Part shown: positions 58,913-64,000 of the stretch, one piece after another
Layout of the letters: every line of letters starts with the position of its first letter
Position numbering within the stretch: position 1 is the first letter of the stretch
From: Felis catus
Lineage: Eukaryota
Direction of reading: 5' to 3'
DNA: 64,000 nt
Assembly: GCF_018350175.1 (NCBI RefSeq)
Contig: NC_058380.1
Location: 57,412,001 to 57,476,000, forward strand
The notes under the pieces: model-generated
Told to the model about the DNA's origin: nothing
Databases searched by the model: none
The model's input: only the letters and a program-made list of their open reading frames with translations
Translations under genes and position numbers: made by a program

Positions 58913-60934
58913 CCCCCCCCAAAAAAAAGTAGACTTTTAAATGGAGTGGAGAAGGAAATATAACCGAGAATATTCTATATGAGACTTTAGGCTATCAGAT
59001 ACTCCCAAGGGGTGGTAAGTAATTACCGGGGTTGGTAATGATGGTGAAGGGTGGTATTAGGAACATAGAGAAGCAGTAAATGTACCTGGGAAACAGGCTA
59101 AGTGAGGAAGAACAATGGACACCACTGGTCATGCATACATGTGCTGGTCTAGGCTTTGATGGAGCAGACAAGTAAAAAAAAAAAGGTTCACCTGGAACTT
59201 GAATCATACACAGTTGCTTCTCCTGACGATTCTTCAACTTCTTTTTAGGAATCCATAGAACTACCCATGGACTGTCTTTTCACAAAACCAGTATTTCTGG
59301 CCCTCAGGGTATGGTCCAGTTCAACTTTCCAAATACATACATAGACAGGTAAGTTAGAAGCAGGGATCTGATCTGAAAATATTTTAAATTTAAAACCTTT
59401 TTAACTTATAGAAGAAAATGATGTGTGAACTCAAAGTATAAACCTTTGACCTTTTAAACAATAATAGCTCCTCTTTGAGGATATTGAATATTATGAGAAG
59501 GTGAACTGGAGTTTGACCTGTTTTCAGGATTCTGTCTCTCCCACTGGGGCTAAAAGAAATAATGCAGAATTTTTATAAACTCTTTCTTTGCTTCAATATG
59601 TTTCATTGTGTTTCTCTTTTTGCACTGCTTCCTCCTTTTCCTTTACTGAAATGCTGCGTATGAAATGTATCTTTTCTGCCTTATTTTATCTTGCTTTCCG
59701 TGGCTGTTCTCTGCCCTCTGTTGGCAGGTTCCTTTGGACCTGTCTTGTGTGCAAGAGAGAATCACATATAGTTAAAGTTCTTTTTTTGCAGGTCAGATCA
59801 GTCAAGCAGAGAGAAGACTGGAAGGTGTGTGGGTTTTTTTTTTTGTTTTGTTTTGCTTTTTGTTTTGCTGGAATCCTGTAGGTCTGGAGGCATGGTCTGG
59901 TGGGGGGCAAACCTGAGGGTTCAGAGTTAGCTGTGAAACCAGGTAAATTGTAAAACTGGTCAGTGCTGAACTGGAAGTCAGTTTGGAGCATCAGGCCCTG
60001 CCATGGAGTGGATTAGCATGAGCCTGGATCCCATGGGTGGTCCCAGAACCCAGCAAGGGTCTTGAGCCTGAGTGTGATTGGAGGTAGGACTTCTTTCCAC
60101 TGAGGAACAGGGCAGCTTGGGAACCACAGCAGCTTATAGCAGCTAGCTGATTTGATGCTCAACAGTTTAGTTCTGGGTCAGAAATGAGGTGTTTGGGCTG
60201 GCCCTATCCTAGAAGAAATGATAAGTGGTGTCTGTGAAGTAGTAGGAGGCCATACCAACCCTACAGAGAGAAAGATGGACCCTACTGCGTGCTGCTCAGG
60301 CCAGGAGGGTCTTTAGATTTCTCAGGTTTTGTATGAATTACAGTGGGGTCACCAAATACAGCCCAAATCTTATTGTCCACATCAATGAGAGCAGTGATTG
60401 CTTGGATAATGGGAATATATAGATAACCAAAGTTCTCATTTACATAGTACTTTCAGCCTACCCTCAAAAAGAAAAAACAAACAAAACCTTTTACTGGATG
60501 TTAATACGAAACTACATTAAGTAATTAACTTTTATTTTCCTGCCCTTTCCCACTTTCTAGTATTAGTGGCCAGTTGGAAGGAGGAAGGAAAGGGCAAGAT
60601 GATTGAAAGTTTAACCCCTAACATAACTTACAGTTGTCGTTAATATTCAGAATAATGACATATCATGTACTTGAACTTGTCTGGGAGTCTGGGCAACAGT
60701 GGTGTTGGTCATTACTGGGGTCTGTAGGTGTTCCAGAGAGACCTGTCTGGGTCTTTGGTGGCCATTACCCTATAAGCACAGCTTCATGTGCTAAGTTCAT
60801 GAGTTAGCAGGGTATTTGTACAGAGCCCCATCTTTGAGAATATCTATACAGAGCCTTACTTGGATTCCAGTCTCTACTATTAAAAAGCCATTTAGGGTTG
60901 GGGGGGAGTGGTCTCCTTCTCTGGGACTTAGTTT

Positions 60935-60938
60935 TCTG

Positions 60939-60970
<32 letters not shown>

Positions 60971-61060
60971 TTTTAGTAGGCTCTATAGCCAACATGGGGC
61001 TTGAACTCAGAACACCTAGATCAAGAGTCCTATGCTCTACTGACTGAGCTGGCCTTGGAC
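60935..61060 (-). mobile_element. Short Can-SINE with (TTA)n tail
   Basis: (TTA)n followed by gtaggctcta...ggggcttgaactcag...gatcaagagtc. Confidence 0.75.
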
Positions 61061-61579
61061 GCCAGTTTCCAGTTATCTTTAAATGAGGGAATTGAACAAT
61101 ATATTTGTAAGATTCCTCATGTCCCTGAAATTCACAGATTTTGGCAGATATTGTGTCATTTTGGATTTGTTTCCCTTATTAAGCTGTGTGTAGTTGCTTA
61201 CAACATATTATTTGGTTGACATGGTCTGAAGTTAGAACCATGTCTTTTCAGGTTATCCCCTTTTGATTTTTTTATCCTTTGCTTTCTTGCTCAGATAGGA
61301 CAAAATCCCTTTTTACTAGCCGTTGGGAGCTGGAATTGAAATTACCATCCCTCTGGGTTGAAGAAGTCCTAAGGCTGCTATTTCTACTGGACTTGGGGCA
61401 AGAGATGTTGTCGGGGGTCTTGCCTTTGACATGGATTCCAGCTACATGCTCCTCAAAGGTAAGGGCTGTATTATTCACCTTTTCTTGTATTCACCCTTAC
61501 AGCTGTGCAAGTCAGCCAGTGTTCAATAAAGAAATATACCTAAGAATAAAATGGCATTGTCCTTAATTTCCCTCCGAAA

Positions 61580-61593
61580 CCACTAGGTGTCGC
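61580..61593 (+). promoter_or_regulatory. CTCF motif upstream of NPR2
   Basis: CCACTAGGTGTCGC, one mismatch to the core consensus. Confidence 0.55.
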
Positions 61594-62549
61594 CTTCATC
61601 TCAGAGAAAGTAGGCCCCTCCTCTCTCCCTGCACACCTACACCCCTCCCTCTACTCTAGGAGCGCTCAGCTTCTAGGCACGGTGATTTCTGGAGAAGAGG
61701 CTTGAAGGGGGAGAGAAACTGTGGCTCTCTGAAGGAGAATGGGTTTATATGTATCTCCTTTATGATAGTTTGAGAGAAACTCCCCAGAGTCCCATAACAG
61801 TTCCCTCCCAGCAACCATGGTATCATCCCTCTTAAGCTATTCTCAGGATCAGATTGGCACGCCAGATACAGAGTATCTGGGGATAGCCTTCTAGGCTGGA
61901 GGCTTAGGAGCTGGGTGGAACCCAAGGGGGATACAATGGGCTTGCATTGCTGGGGGAATGTTCTGCTCAGTCAGTCCATGAGCTGTTATCAGGTGCAATC
62001 CTGGGCTGTGCAGGGAGACAGAAGAGAAGAGGCTGTTCCTGGGCTGGGTCCCTGGAGCAGATGGTGTGGTAGAGGCCCAGTGGGCTATGGTGGGCCTCTG
62101 AAGACATGGGAGGGCACAGAAGGGAGCATGGGGAAGGAGGAGGGAGGGTGGGGGGCTGAGTTCTAAGGAAGAAGGAGACCCATGGGCTTGTAAGGACTCA
62201 GGAAAAACCAGGCATTGGAGCCCCTTGGTCCTGGAGGGGCCAGTCTTCCAGGTGGCAGGCACCTCTTCCTGGTGAAGGAGGGAGAGGTTCCTGGCAATGG
62301 GAAGGGTGCTATGGTTTACTAGGTGGAGGACTAGTGAGGATACCAAATATTTGGGGATTCCTGACTGCTTCCTGGAGACGGGAGTGTTGGAGGGACTCAG
62401 GGGAGTTAAGAGAGGGGACCCTAAGAACAGCGGGATACGCAAGTGGGGAGAGAAGTTCTGGGCTCTTGGCAATGTGCAAGATGGAGAGACAGTGGCGGGG
62501 TGGGTCAGGGGCTTGGGGGAGACAGGGCTGGGCCCATAAAGTGAGAGGA

Positions 62550-64000
<1,451 letters not shown>

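Overview
Mammalian genomic DNA. It is carnivore and almost certainly felid, judging by dozens of SINEC_Fc/Can-SINE copies. The region is syntenic to human 9p13.3, with gene order TLN1 5' end (-), CREB3 (+, 9 coding exons, 353 aa), GBA2 (-, 17 coding exons, about 917 aa), RGP1 (+, 8 coding exons, 391 aa), MSMP (-, 3 exons, 139 aa), a repeat-rich interval of about 36 kb, and the 5' end of NPR2 (+, running off the window). Exon boundaries were read manually from GT/AG sites and reading frame, and compared with my recollection of the human orthologues; no database search was run. The cluster is very compact: two head-to-head CpG promoters (TLN1/CREB3, GBA2/RGP1) and two tail-to-tail overlaps (CREB3/GBA2, RGP1/MSMP). 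There are four N gaps, two of them inside coding exons. I see no well-supported new biological system. The best leads are: (i) an orphan CpG-island promoter at about 27.3-27.7 kb with CTCF motifs and a strong splice donor, which could be a distal NPR2 promoter splicing to an acceptor 86 nt before the NPR2 ATG; (ii) a tailless antisense internal L1 fragment flanked by a 20-bp TSD; (iii) a 12-aa deletion and other changes in CREB3; (iv) a GTG in perfect Kozak context at the human GBA2 start, plus a uORF; (v) an AP-1/ARE cluster in GBA2 intron 1.
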